Source: Acidimicrobiales bacterium
GTDB taxonomy: Bacteria > Actinomycetota > Acidimicrobiia > Acidimicrobiales > JACDEA01
DNA length: 64,000 bases
Reading direction: 5' to 3'
Assembly (NCBI GenBank): GCA_035649535.1
Contig: DASRJI010000101.1
Location: 1,994 to 65,993, forward strand
The position numbers were made by a program, and so were the translations under genes. Of the stretch, positions 1 to 9,162 are shown one piece after another (the first letter of the stretch is position 1; each line of letters opens with the position of its first letter). The notes below the pieces were generated by a model that was not told the DNA's origin, did no database searches, and worked only from the letters and a program-made list of their open reading frames with translations.

Positions 1-883
1 CCAGGGCGGCCAAACGGTGGCGATGGGCGTGCCGTGGCGCGACGCGCCCGGCTGGTGGATCGTCGACCGGGCCAGCGATGTGCTCGACGAGGACCTCGCC
101 GCGCTGCTGCTGACCGCCGACGCCGAGCGGCTCGCTCGCACCCGGGACGCGCAGCTCGCGGTTCTGCTCACCTCACTCGTTGCGTGGGAAAGCGACCCGC
201 TCCGTCACGACGACAGCGTGGTCGCCATGGCCGGTCACTCGCTCGGCCAGGTCACGGCGCTGGTGGCGTCCGGCGTGCTCTCGATCGACAACGGCGTGCG
301 GTTCGCCGCGCAACGGGCCGACGCGACGCAGGCGGCGGCCGACGCCCACCCCGGTCGGATGGCCGCCCTCCTCGGCGGGACGATCGATCAGGCCACCAGT
401 GCCTGTGCCGCCGCGCCGTCGGCCGCGTGGGTCGCCAATGACAACGCACCGGGTCAGGTCGTGATCGCCGGGACGCCCGCCGGCGTCGACACAGCCACGA
501 ACCGGGCCCAGGAGCTGGGCGTTCGTAAGTCCGTCAGCCTCAACGTGGGCGGCGCGTTCCACACGCCGCTGATGGATCCCGCCCGTGACGGGCTGGTCGC
601 CGCCCTGGACGGCATCGAGCTGAGCACCGGCCGGGTGCCGGTCGTCGGCAATGCCGACGCCGCGCCCCATCGCGACGCCGAAGGGTGGCGCTCGCGGCTG
701 GTCGATCACATCGTCTCCCCTGTGCGCTGGCGGGATTCACAGTTGGCGTTGGTGGCGTTGGGCGCGACCGAACTCGTCGAGATGGGCGGGCCGGGGACCC
801 TCGCGGCGATGGCCAAACGCACCGTCCCCGACATCGAATGCCGCGTCGTGAACGCACCGACCGTGGGTGCGTCAGCCGCGTGA
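1..883 (+). CDS. fabD: malonyl-CoA:ACP transacylase, 5' end probably outside window
   Basis: The frame stays open back to nt 2. It has the GHSLGQ nucleophile elbow and a GGAFHTPLM motif. It is the first gene of a FAS-II cluster. Confidence 0.9.
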   Translation, partial: QGGQTVAMGVPWRDAPGWWIVDRASDVLDEDLAALLLTADAERLARTRDAQLAVLLTSLVAWESDPLRHDDSVVAMAGHSLGQVTALVASGVLSIDNGVRFAAQRADATQAAADAHPGRMAALLGGTIDQATSACAAAPSAAWVANDNAPGQVVIAGTPAGVDTATNRAQELGVRKSVSLNVGGAFHTPLMDPARDGLVAALDGIELSTGRVPVVGNADAAPHRDAEGWRSRLVDHIVSPVRWRDSQLALVALGATELVEMGGPGTLAAMAKRTVPDIECRVVNAPTVGASAA

Positions 884-956
884 GTGAGCCGAAGGCGAAG
901 CCGGAAGGCGATCGGGCAAATACAGGCTGGGCCGCCATCCGAAGGATGGTGGACCA

Positions 957-1241
957 GTGAGCGTCGACGTCCTCCCCGGCGAGCAACTTCTGGTCCCCGA
1001 ACGCATCGTGATTGCGCCCGTCGCCGGGGTGTTCCGGCCGGCACCGCCGCAGACGGTGACGGCCGACGGTGAGGTCGTCTACGCCGGCCAAGTCGTCGGC
1101 CTGGTCGAGACGACTGCGGGCACCACCCCGGTGACCAGCCCCTTTACCGGCTTCTTCATGGGGCTGATGGCCCACGACGGCGAGCGGGTCCGTGAGGACC
1201 AGCCGGTCGTGTGGTTGCGAACATCGTCGGCGGCGGCGTGA
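957..1241 (+). CDS. small biotinyl/lipoyl-like (BCCP C-terminal-like) domain protein with no lysine
   Basis: GTG start preceded by GAAGGATGG. The product aligns by eye to the BCCP domain, but the EAMKM hairpin reads ETTAG and the protein has zero Lys. Its stop lies 4 nt before the fabH start. Confidence 0.6.
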   Translation: MSVDVLPGEQLLVPERIVIAPVAGVFRPAPPQTVTADGEVVYAGQVVGLVETTAGTTPVTSPFTGFFMGLMAHDGERVREDQPVVWLRTSSAAA

Positions 1242-1245
1242 GCGC

Positions 1246-2160
1246 GTGAGAGTTGGCGGATGGGGCGCGGCGGTGCCCGACGGCGTGCTGACCAACGCCG
1301 ACCTCGAAGCGTGCCTCGACACCACCGACGCGTGGATCGTCGAGCGGACCGGCGTCCGCGAGCGACGGGTGGCCGGACCGCAGGACACCACGGTGTCGCT
1401 TGCGGTGGCGGCTGGTGCGGCAGCGCTGAAGTCGGCGCAGCTCGTGCCCGATGACATCGACACGCTGATCACGGCCACGGCCACGCCCGACCAGCAGATC
1501 CCGATGACCTCGTCGTTGGTGCACGGCGGTCTGGGTCTGCGCTGCGGCGCCTTCGACGTCGGCGCCGCCTGCGCGGGCTTCGTGTACGCGCTGGTCGCGG
1601 CTGCATCGCTACCAGGCACCCGGCTCGTGATCGGCGCCGAGACCCTCACCCGAATCGTCGATCCGGCCGACCGGGCCACCCGCCCGCTCTTTGGAGACGG
1701 CGCCGGCGCCCTACTCCTGCTCGAGGGCGGGAACGGCTTGCTCGGGTGGGACACGGGCTGTGACAGCTCCGCCGCCCACTTGCTCGAGATCCCGCCAGGG
1801 GAGAAGTGGCTGCGGATGGAGGGCCGCGAGGTCTTTCGTCGAGCCGTGCGCGCCGTCGTCGACTCCGCCAGCACGGCTCTCGATCGCGCCGGTCTCGGCG
1901 CGGGCGACGTCGATGTGTTCGTTCCGCACCAAGCCAACGTCCGCATCATCGACGCGGCCACAGAGCGCCTCGGCATCCCGCGCGATCGCACCGTCGTGAA
2001 CATCGATCGGTACGGCAACACGTCGGCCGCGTCGATCCCGATCGCGCTGGCCGAGGCGGCCGATGCTGGTCGCATCCACGACGGCGACCTCGTGCTGCTC
2101 AGCGGCTTCGGCGCCGGCATGACCTGGGCCAGCGCGGTGTTCAGGTGGGAGGCGGCCTAG
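1246..2160 (+). CDS. fabH: 3-oxoacyl-ACP synthase III (KAS III)
   Basis: N-terminus VRVGGWGAAVPDGVLTNADLE, active-site region AACAGFVYAL, and C-terminal GNTSAASIP and GFGAGMTW motifs. I moved the start from the track's 1192 to the in-frame GTG at 1246. Confidence 0.9.
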   Translation: MRVGGWGAAVPDGVLTNADLEACLDTTDAWIVERTGVRERRVAGPQDTTVSLAVAAGAAALKSAQLVPDDIDTLITATATPDQQIPMTSSLVHGGLGLRCGAFDVGAACAGFVYALVAAASLPGTRLVIGAETLTRIVDPADRATRPLFGDGAGALLLLEGGNGLLGWDTGCDSSAAHLLEIPPGEKWLRMEGREVFRRAVRAVVDSASTALDRAGLGAGDVDVFVPHQANVRIIDAATERLGIPRDRTVVNIDRYGNTSAASIPIALAEAADAGRIHDGDLVLLSGFGAGMTWASAVFRWEAA

Positions 2161-2871
2161 ATGGGTGGACGGGTAGCACTGGTGACCGGCGGCTCGCGCG
2201 GCATCGGCGCGGCCACGGCGCGCGCCCTGGCGGCCGACGGTCATCGGGTGGCGATCTGCGCCCGCAGCGACGCCGAGGGCAGTGGCGCCGCGCTGGCCGT
2301 CCAGGCCGACGTGACCGACGCGGCGTCGATCGACGCCGCCTTTGCCGCCGTCGAAGCCGAGTTGGGCCCCGTCGAGATCCTCGTCAACAACGCAGGGATC
2401 ACGCGGGACGGCCTGCTCGTGCGCATGGGCGACGACCAATGGCGTGACGTCCTGCGTACCAACCTCGACGGCGCGTTCGTCGCGACGCGACGCGCGCTGC
2501 CCGGAATGATGAAGGGCCGGTTCGGTCGCATCGTGCACGTCGCGTCGGTCGCCGGCGCCATGGGCTCGGCCGGCCAGGCGAACTACGCGGCCGCCAAGGC
2601 CGGCCTCGTTGGTTTCGGCCGCTCGGTGGCGCGGGAGATGGCGTCGCGCTCGATCACGAGCAACGTCGTGGAGCCGGGGCCCATCGCCACGGCCATGACC
2701 GACGAGTTGCCGGCGGCCCGCCGCGCCGACCTGGCCGCGTCGGTCCCGCTCGGTCGTTTCGGCACCGCCGAGGAAGTCGCCGCCCTGATCGCGTTTTTGT
2801 GTTCTGACGCCGCCGGATTCATCACGGGTGCCGTGGTGCCGGTCGACGGCGGACTGTCAATGGGTCGCTAA
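2161..2871 (+). CDS. fabG: 3-oxoacyl-ACP reductase (SDR)
   Basis: TGGSRGIG Rossmann motif, NNAG, and YAAAKAG catalytic Tyr/Lys. The ATG directly follows the fabH stop. Confidence 0.9.
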   Translation: MGGRVALVTGGSRGIGAATARALAADGHRVAICARSDAEGSGAALAVQADVTDAASIDAAFAAVEAELGPVEILVNNAGITRDGLLVRMGDDQWRDVLRTNLDGAFVATRRALPGMMKGRFGRIVHVASVAGAMGSAGQANYAAAKAGLVGFGRSVAREMASRSITSNVVEPGPIATAMTDELPAARRADLAASVPLGRFGTAEEVAALIAFLCSDAAGFITGAVVPVDGGLSMGR

Positions 2872-2884
2872 CAGAGGAGACAAG

Positions 2885-3139
2885 ATGAACAAGGAAGACG
2901 TATTCGCCACGCTCCGAGACGTGGCCGTCGAGGTGCTCGGCGCCGAACCCGATGCCGTTGTCGAGGGCGCGTCGTTCAAGGACGACCTCGACGCCGACAG
3001 CCTCGACCTCGTCGAGGTGGTGATGGCGCTCGAGGAGCGTCTCGACATCGCCGTGCCCGAGGAAGACCTCGAGGGCATCGGCACGGTTGGCGACGCGCTC
3101 ACGCTGCTCCTCGACAAGCTCGCCGCCAAGGCATCGTGA
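2885..3139 (+). CDS. acpP: acyl carrier protein
   Basis: An AGGAGA ribosome-binding site precedes the ATG at 2885. The LDADSLDLVEVVMALEE motif carries the phosphopantetheine-attachment Ser. Confidence 0.9.
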   Translation: MNKEDVFATLRDVAVEVLGAEPDAVVEGASFKDDLDADSLDLVEVVMALEERLDIAVPEEDLEGIGTVGDALTLLLDKLAAKAS

Positions 3140-3176
3140 GCGAGTCGGAGGCGAAGACGGAAGACGAGCGGGAGAC

Positions 3177-4400
3177 ATGAGTAGGCGCGTCGCCGTCACC
3201 GGCATGGGCGTGAAGACGCCGGCCGGGCTCGACGTCGACACGTTGTGGTCGACGCTGCTCGCCGGCCGCGGTACTGGTGCGGCCATTGACGCGTTCGACA
3301 CGACCGACCATCCGGTGTCGCTGGCCTGCCAGATCCGCGACTTCGATCCCGTCGCGTACATGGGCGTGAAGGACGCGCGGCGGGCCGATCGCGTCGCGCA
3401 GCTCGGGCTGGCGGCCGCCATGGACGCCATCGCCGACGCCGGGTTGGCTGACGCGCCCGTCGACCCGGCGCGCTGCGGTGTGATCGTCGGGACCGGCGTG
3501 GGCGGGCTGTCCACCCACGAAGAGCAAGAACGGGTCTACCTGGAGAAGGGCCCGACCCGGGTGAGCCCGATGTTCGTGCCGATGATGATGCCCAACGCCA
3601 CCGCGGCGTTGGTCGCGCTCCAGTACGGCTTCAGCGGCCCGAACCTCTGCGTGTCGACCGCCTGCGCGGCGGGCGCTCACGCCATCGGCGAAGGGGTGCG
3701 CCTCATCCGTGAGGGCAGCGCCGACGTCGTCGTCGTCGGCGGCACGGAGGCGGCGATCACACCGTTGGCCTTGGCCGCGTTCCATCGCATGGGCGCGCTG
3801 AGCAACCGAGCCGACGATCCCGGCGCCGCGTCGCGGCCCTTCGACGCCGATCGCGACGGTTTCGTCATGGGTGAGGGCGCGGCGATCCTCGTTTTGGAGT
3901 CGTGGGCTCACGCCGAGTCTCGCGGCGCGGCGATCAAGGGTGAGCTGCTCGGGTACGGCCGCAACTGCGACGCCCACCACATCACCGCACCGGCCCCCGG
4001 TGGTGCTGGCGCCGTCGCGTGCATGCAGCTTGCTCTCGAGGACGCCGGGCTGGCGCCCGACGCCGTCGGGCACGTCAATGCGCACGGCACGTCGACACCC
4101 CTCAACGACGCGGCCGAGGCGGCGGCGATCAGCAAGGTGTTTGGCGAAAACACACCGGTGACGTCGACCAAGGGCGTCACCGGCCACCTCATCGGCGCAG
4201 CCGGCGCGGTGGAATGCGTGGCCGCGCTCCTGGCCTGCGCCAACCGGCTCGTGCCGCCGACGGCCAACCACGAACGTACCGATCCGGAGATCACGGTCGA
4301 CGTCGTGGCCGGACAGCCGCGGTCAATCGAGCAAACGATCGCGATCTCCAATTCATTCGGCTTCGGTGGCCACAACGCCTCGTTGATCGTTTCGTGCTGA
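3177..4400 (+). CDS. fabF: 3-oxoacyl-ACP synthase II (KAS I/II)
   Basis: Starts MSRRVAVTGMG. It has the active-site Cys context STACAAG, the HAHGTSTP and GHLIGAAG motifs, and a NSFGFGGHN C-terminus. Confidence 0.9.
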   Translation: MSRRVAVTGMGVKTPAGLDVDTLWSTLLAGRGTGAAIDAFDTTDHPVSLACQIRDFDPVAYMGVKDARRADRVAQLGLAAAMDAIADAGLADAPVDPARCGVIVGTGVGGLSTHEEQERVYLEKGPTRVSPMFVPMMMPNATAALVALQYGFSGPNLCVSTACAAGAHAIGEGVRLIREGSADVVVVGGTEAAITPLALAAFHRMGALSNRADDPGAASRPFDADRDGFVMGEGAAILVLESWAHAESRGAAIKGELLGYGRNCDAHHITAPAPGGAGAVACMQLALEDAGLAPDAVGHVNAHGTSTPLNDAAEAAAISKVFGENTPVTSTKGVTGHLIGAAGAVECVAALLACANRLVPPTANHERTDPEITVDVVAGQPRSIEQTIAISNSFGFGGHNASLIVSC

Positions 4401-5728
4401 CCCTCGCCGCCGAGCGGGGCGGCGCGGTCGACGCGGGACTACGGCGGATCGACGGCCGCCGCGTTGCCTGGTTCCGTCTGGCCGGCGGCAAACATCGCGG
4501 CGCCATCGGCACCGTCGAGGGCGACACGATGCGCCGGGTCATTGAGGCGGGCGTCGATGCCGGCGTCCCGATCATTGGCGTCATCGACTCGTCGGGCGCC
4601 GACGTCACCGAGGGTGTCGCCGCGCTCCACGCGTGGGGAACGGTGGCGCGGGCCCTGGCGACCGCATCGGGCCAGGTACCGGTGTTGCTCGCGGTCGTGG
4701 GCCCGTGTGTGTCGGGACCCGCGCTGCTGCTCGGCCTCGCGGATGCGGTCGTGATGACCACCGACGCCTTTGCCTACGTGAGCGGGCCCGACGCGGTTGC
4801 TGCGTTCTCGGGTATGGACGTGGACCATCATCGGCTCGGCGGTGCGGCGATCCACGCCACACGCAGCGGCGTGGCCAGCCTGGTGGTGGACGACGAGGAC
4901 GCCGCGCTCGACGCGCTGGCGGCCTTGCTGTCGTACGTCCCCGACAACTGCATGACGATGCCGGATAACAGCGAGGCCGCCGCACCGATTGCATCGGCAG
5001 CCGACGTTGTTCCGGCGACGCCCAATGCGTCCTACGACGTACGCGCCGTTGTCGACGGCATCGTCGACGCTGGATCGTTCCTCGAGCTGCGCGCCCGCTT
5101 CGCGCCCAACCTCGTCACCGGTCTGGCTCGCGTCGACGGCGTGCCGGTAGGGATCGTCGCCAACCAGCCCTGCCAGCTCGCTGGCACGCTCGACATCGCT
5201 GCGTCGCAGAAAGGCGCCGGTCTCGTGCAGTGGTGCGACGCGTTCAACATTCCGCTGGTGACCCTCGTCGACACCCCCGGGTTCCAGCCCGGTAAGGACA
5301 TCGAGTGGCGGGGGATGATTCGCCACGGGGCGCAGCTCGCTCACGCATACGCGGCGGCCACCGTGCCGCGGGTGTGCGTGATCCTCCGCAAGGCGTTCGG
5401 CGGCGCGTACATCGTCATGGACTCGCGCCCGATGGGCAGCGACCTGTGCCTCGCCTGGCCCACCGCGGAGATCGCGGTGATGGGCCCGGCCGGTGCAGTC
5501 AACATCCTCTTCCGCCGCGAGCTGGCGGCCGACCCGACCCGGCGCGTCGACCTCGAAGCCGACTACGAGCTGCGCTATTGCAACGCACGGATGGCGGCCG
5601 AGCGCGGCTACGTCGACGCGATCGTCGCGCCCGACGACACCCGTGCCCTGATCGCCGAGACGCTCGACGCGCTGGCCGCCAAGCGGGAGCACCTTCCTCG
5701 CCGCCGCCACGCGAACATTCCGCTATGA
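4394..5728 (+). CDS. accD: acyl-CoA carboxylase carboxyltransferase (beta) subunit, AccD6-like
   Basis: The GTG at 4394 overlaps the fabF stop by 7 nt (in GTGCTGA). It has carboxyltransferase motifs (VIDSSGADV, PGFQPG, RKAFGGAYIVM). Its position after the KAS gene matches the mycobacterial fabD-acpM-kasA-kasB-accD6 operon. Confidence 0.85.
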   Translation: MLTLAAERGGAVDAGLRRIDGRRVAWFRLAGGKHRGAIGTVEGDTMRRVIEAGVDAGVPIIGVIDSSGADVTEGVAALHAWGTVARALATASGQVPVLLAVVGPCVSGPALLLGLADAVVMTTDAFAYVSGPDAVAAFSGMDVDHHRLGGAAIHATRSGVASLVVDDEDAALDALAALLSYVPDNCMTMPDNSEAAAPIASAADVVPATPNASYDVRAVVDGIVDAGSFLELRARFAPNLVTGLARVDGVPVGIVANQPCQLAGTLDIAASQKGAGLVQWCDAFNIPLVTLVDTPGFQPGKDIEWRGMIRHGAQLAHAYAAATVPRVCVILRKAFGGAYIVMDSRPMGSDLCLAWPTAEIAVMGPAGAVNILFRRELAADPTRRVDLEADYELRYCNARMAAERGYVDAIVAPDDTRALIAETLDALAAKREHLPRRRHANIPL

Positions 5729-6501
5729 CCAACGGACTCGTCGACGGCAAGCGACTCCTGATCACCGGCGTCCTCAACCACTCGTCGATCGCGTTTCACA
5801 CCGCGCGCGTCGCCCAGGAACAGGGCGCCGAGATCGTCCTCACGTCGTTCGGCCGGGCCATGCGCGTCACCGAGAGGGCGGCCAAGCGTCTGCCGTCGCC
5901 GCCCGACATCCTCGAGCTCGACGTCACCGATCCGTCGCACCTCGAATCATTGACAGCCGAGCTCGATCGCAGGTGGGGCGGCCTCGATGGCGTCCTCCAT
6001 GCGGTCGCGTTCGCGCCCGAGACGTGTCTCGGCGGCAACTTCCTGGCGTCGCAGTGGGATGACGTGAGCATCGCCATGCACGTATCGGCGTTCTCGCTCA
6101 AGGCGCTGGCCGTGGCCGCCGCCCCACTCATGAAGGCCGAAGGCGGATCGATCGTCGGGCTCGACTTCGACGCCGCCCAAGCGTGGCCCCAGTACGACTG
6201 GATGGGCGTCGCCAAAGCCGCGCTGGAGGCGACCGCCCGGTACCTCGCCCGCGATCTCGGCTCGTCGCAGATCCGGGTCAACTTGGTCGCGGCCGGGCCG
6301 GTGCGCACCGTTGCCGCCCGCGGCATCGCCGGGTTCTCGAAGTTCGAGGACGTGTGGACGGCCCGCGCTCCGCTCGGATGGGATGTGACTGAACCCGAGC
6401 CGGTGGCCCGTGCGTGTATCGCCCTCCTCTCCGACTGGTTCCCGGCGACGACGGGCGAGATCATCCACGTCGACGGCGGCTTTCACGCTGTTGGCGCCTA
6501 G
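5725..6501 (+). CDS. fabI: enoyl-ACP reductase (NADH), InhA/FabI type
   Basis: ATGA overlap with the accD stop. Starts GKRLLITGV and has the DWMGVAKAALE Tyr/Lys region and an IHVDGGFH C-terminus. Confidence 0.9.
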   Translation: MTNGLVDGKRLLITGVLNHSSIAFHTARVAQEQGAEIVLTSFGRAMRVTERAAKRLPSPPDILELDVTDPSHLESLTAELDRRWGGLDGVLHAVAFAPETCLGGNFLASQWDDVSIAMHVSAFSLKALAVAAAPLMKAEGGSIVGLDFDAAQAWPQYDWMGVAKAALEATARYLARDLGSSQIRVNLVAAGPVRTVAARGIAGFSKFEDVWTARAPLGWDVTEPEPVARACIALLSDWFPATTGEIIHVDGGFHAVGA

Positions 6502-6684
6502 GCCGGCGACGCAGTCGGCGCGTAGCGTCAAGGCATTCCGACCTCCACCGCGCTCGTCGCCGACCTGCTTCGCGACCTGAATGTCAACGCGCGCATCATC
6601 ACGCCGATAAACGAAGGCTGGGACAGCGACGTATTCGACGTCGACGGCGCGTGGATCTTCCGGTTCCCGCGGCGGCCGGAGGTC

Positions 6685-7392
6685 GTGGCGAGTGTGCAAC
6701 GCGAGGAGCGTCTGTTGCCTGCCCTGCAGGAATCGGTTCCCTTCGCCGTGCCCCATCCGCGTTGGGTCGGCGAGTTCGAAGGGCGGCGCTACATGGGCTA
6801 CGAGCGCGTACCCGGCCACGCCTACGTGAGCGGTGACGATGCGCCGTCGATCGGCGCCGCGATTCGTGCCCTCCACGCGTTCCCAGCGGGCACCGCCGCC
6901 CATTTGCTGGACGCCGATCCGACGATTGCCGGCTGGCTCGACTCGTACAAGGAGCTACGCGCGACGAGCGACGCGTGCGTCGCACCGCTGCTCGACAGCG
7001 ACGTGGCTGACGCGCTCGACGTCGCCTTCGATCGCTTTTTCGCCGACGACTGGGACGCGGTCACGCCGGTCCTCGTGCATCGCGACCTCGGCGCCGAGCA
7101 CTTGCTCATGGACCGGACGACGCGAGCCCTCATCGGCATGATCGATTTTGGCGACGCGACGGTCGGAGACGCGGCGATCGACTTCGTCGGCGTCGACCTC
7201 ACCGGTGGGTCGGCGGCGACGAGGGCGGCCATCAACGCGTACCTTGATCCCGTCAGCCAGGCGCGGGTCCGCTTCTACGAACAGCTGGGGCCGGTGCACG
7301 CCGTGGTGTACGGCCAGGAGATTGGTGACGAACAGCTCATCGTCGACGCCATCGCCAACCTGCGCACCCGTCTGCTCGGGCAGACTTGCTGA
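6685..7392 (+). CDS. aminoglycoside-phosphotransferase (APH) family kinase
   Basis: HRDLGAEHLL catalytic loop and IDFGD metal-binding motif. APH-like sequence continues upstream of this GTG (see findings). Confidence 0.75.
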   Translation: MASVQREERLLPALQESVPFAVPHPRWVGEFEGRRYMGYERVPGHAYVSGDDAPSIGAAIRALHAFPAGTAAHLLDADPTIAGWLDSYKELRATSDACVAPLLDSDVADALDVAFDRFFADDWDAVTPVLVHRDLGAEHLLMDRTTRALIGMIDFGDATVGDAAIDFVGVDLTGGSAATRAAINAYLDPVSQARVRFYEQLGPVHAVVYGQEIGDEQLIVDAIANLRTRLLGQTC

Positions 7393-7393
7393 C

Positions 7394-7678
7394 GTGATCA
7401 CCCACGTCGTTTTGTTCAAGCTCAAGGATCCGAGCGCCGACCTCGACGAAGCGGTGCGGCGGCTGCGCTCACTCGACGGCAACGTTCCCGTGCTGCGGAC
7501 GCTCGATGTCGGCGTGGACGCCCTGCACTCCGAGCGCTCGTACGACATCGGTCTGATCGGCACCCTCGATTCACTCGAGGACCTGGCCACGTATCAGGAC
7601 GACCCGTTCCACCGCGAGGTGGCGCTCTACATGCGTTCGGTCAGCGAACGGGCCGTTACCGTCGACTACGAGAGTTGA
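7394..7678 (+). CDS. Dabb (stress-responsive alpha/beta-barrel) domain protein
   Basis: The GTG lies 1 nt after the previous stop. It has the VITHVVLFKLKD N-terminus and a YQDDPFHREV motif typical of Dabb. Confidence 0.8.
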   Translation: MITHVVLFKLKDPSADLDEAVRRLRSLDGNVPVLRTLDVGVDALHSERSYDIGLIGTLDSLEDLATYQDDPFHREVALYMRSVSERAVTVDYES

Positions 7679-7684
7679 CGTCGC

Positions 7685-9103
7685 TCAGATCTGAAGGGCC
7701 TTGACCTCGAGGTACTCCTCGAGGCCCCACTTGCCCCACTCGCGGCCGTTGCCGGATTGCTTGTAGCCGCCGAACGGTGTCGGCTCGCTCGACCGGGCGC
7801 CGTTGACGTTGACCTGGCCGCTGCGCAACTTGCGCGCCACTCGCTGCGCCCGCTCGGGATCGCCGCCCCACACGCCGGCGGCCAGGCCGTAGATCGTGTC
7901 GTTGGCGATCTCGATGGCCTCCTCCTCGGTGTCGTAGGGGATCATCGACAGCACCGGCCCGAAGATCTCCTCCTGGGCGATGGCCATGTCGTTGCGCACG
8001 TCGGAAAACACCGTGGGGCGCACGAAGAAGCCGCGGTCGACACCGTCGGGCAGGCCCGGCCCGCCGGCGACCAGGCGGGCGCCCTCCTCCACGCCGCGGT
8101 CGATGTAGCCCTTCACGCGGTCGTGCTGTACGCGCGACACGAGGGGTCCGAGCTTGCTCGTCTCGGAGAACGGGTCGCCGACCGTGTACGAGTCGGCCAC
8201 GCGCGCCGCGATCACTTCGGCTTCGGCCAGCTTGGAACGGGGCACGAGCATCCGTGTCAGCGCGCTGCACGTCTGCCCGCAGTTGGCGTACGCAGCGGCG
8301 ACACCGCCGGTGACCGCCTTCTCGAGGTCGGCGTCGTCGAGGATGATGTTCGGCGACTTGCCGCCCAGCTCGAGCGTGACCCGCTTGACGGTCTGGGCCG
8401 CCAACTCGGTGACCCGCTTGCCGGCGCGGGTGGAGCCGGTGAAGCTCACCATGTCGACGTCGGGATGGGCGGCGATCGCTTCACCGACAACCGGCCCCAC
8501 GCCCGACACCATGTTGAACACACCGGGCGGGAGGCCGACGTCATCGAGGATCTCGGCGATGATGTACGCGCACAGCGGCGTGACTTCGCTGGGCTTCAAC
8601 ACCACCGTACAGCCGGCGGCCAGCGCGGGCGCGACCTTCGCCGCGATCTGATTCAGCGGGTAGTTCCACGGCGTGATCGCGCCGACGACGCCGATCGGCT
8701 CGCGCACGACGAGGCCGTTGCCGATCTGCTCCTCGAACGGGAACGTCTCGATCAGGTCGGCGACGGTCGTGAACGACCGCAATGGCAAACCCACCTGGAT
8801 CGCGGCCGCTTGCTTGAGCGGCATGCCGAGTTCGTGGGCGAGCACCTCGGCCAGTTCCGACCGGCGGGCTTCGAGCCCTTCGGCGACGCGGCGCAGATAC
8901 TTGCCGCGCTCCTCGAGCGGCGTCTCGCTCCACGTGGCAAACGCCGCTTTGGCGGCAGCCACGGCCCGGTCGACGTCGGCGGCGACGCCGTCGGGGACGG
9001 TGGCGATGACCTCCTCGGTGGCCGAGTCGACCACGTCGATCGTGCCCGTCCCACCCGAGGGAACCCACGCGCCGTCGATGTAGATCCTGTCCCGTGTCTG
9101 CAT
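7685..9103 (-). CDS. NAD(P)-dependent aldehyde dehydrogenase
   Basis: ELGGKSP and the catalytic Cys context NCGQTCSA, plus EEIFGPV. I prefer the internal ATG at 9103 ([14 protein letters not shown]) over the track start at 9160. Confidence 0.9.
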   Translation of the reverse strand: MQTRDRIYIDGAWVPSGGTGTIDVVDSATEEVIATVPDGVAADVDRAVAAAKAAFATWSETPLEERGKYLRRVAEGLEARRSELAEVLAHELGMPLKQAAAIQVGLPLRSFTTVADLIETFPFEEQIGNGLVVREPIGVVGAITPWNYPLNQIAAKVAPALAAGCTVVLKPSEVTPLCAYIIAEILDDVGLPPGVFNMVSGVGPVVGEAIAAHPDVDMVSFTGSTRAGKRVTELAAQTVKRVTLELGGKSPNIILDDADLEKAVTGGVAAAYANCGQTCSALTRMLVPRSKLAEAEVIAARVADSYTVGDPFSETSKLGPLVSRVQHDRVKGYIDRGVEEGARLVAGGPGLPDGVDRGFFVRPTVFSDVRNDMAIAQEEIFGPVLSMIPYDTEEEAIEIANDTIYGLAAGVWGGDPERAQRVARKLRSGQVNVNGARSSEPTPFGGYKQSGNGREWGKWGLEEYLEVKALQI

Positions 9104-9162
9104 ACGCACAGTCTTGCCCAGCGAGCGGGCATAAGCATCGGGGTCGCGTAGTTTCAACATCC

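Noticed and set aside
540-2120. 526-aa minus-strand ORF antisense to fabD/fabH. Similar long antisense ORFs occur at 9739..11652, 31392..34313, 44659..46092, 47127..48731, 53963..55342 and 56438..58486.
   Set aside because: These ORFs are Arg/Pro/Gly-rich and low-complexity with no recognisable motifs. They lie opposite genes with clear family signatures. This is the usual shadow-ORF artefact of ~70% GC DNA.
4019-4393. Long N-terminal extensions suggested by the ORF track for accD. The same applies to fabI (5305), fabF (3087), cfa (38203), the histidine kinase (23126), the SDR (55183), the AKR (to 43040), the MTase-Mug gene (to 63628) and the APH-like gene (to 28464).
   Set aside because: The extensions are Arg-rich and overlap the preceding real gene in another frame. 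Internal ATG/GTG codons with ribosome-binding sites or 4-nt stop/start overlaps give N-termini that match the protein families.
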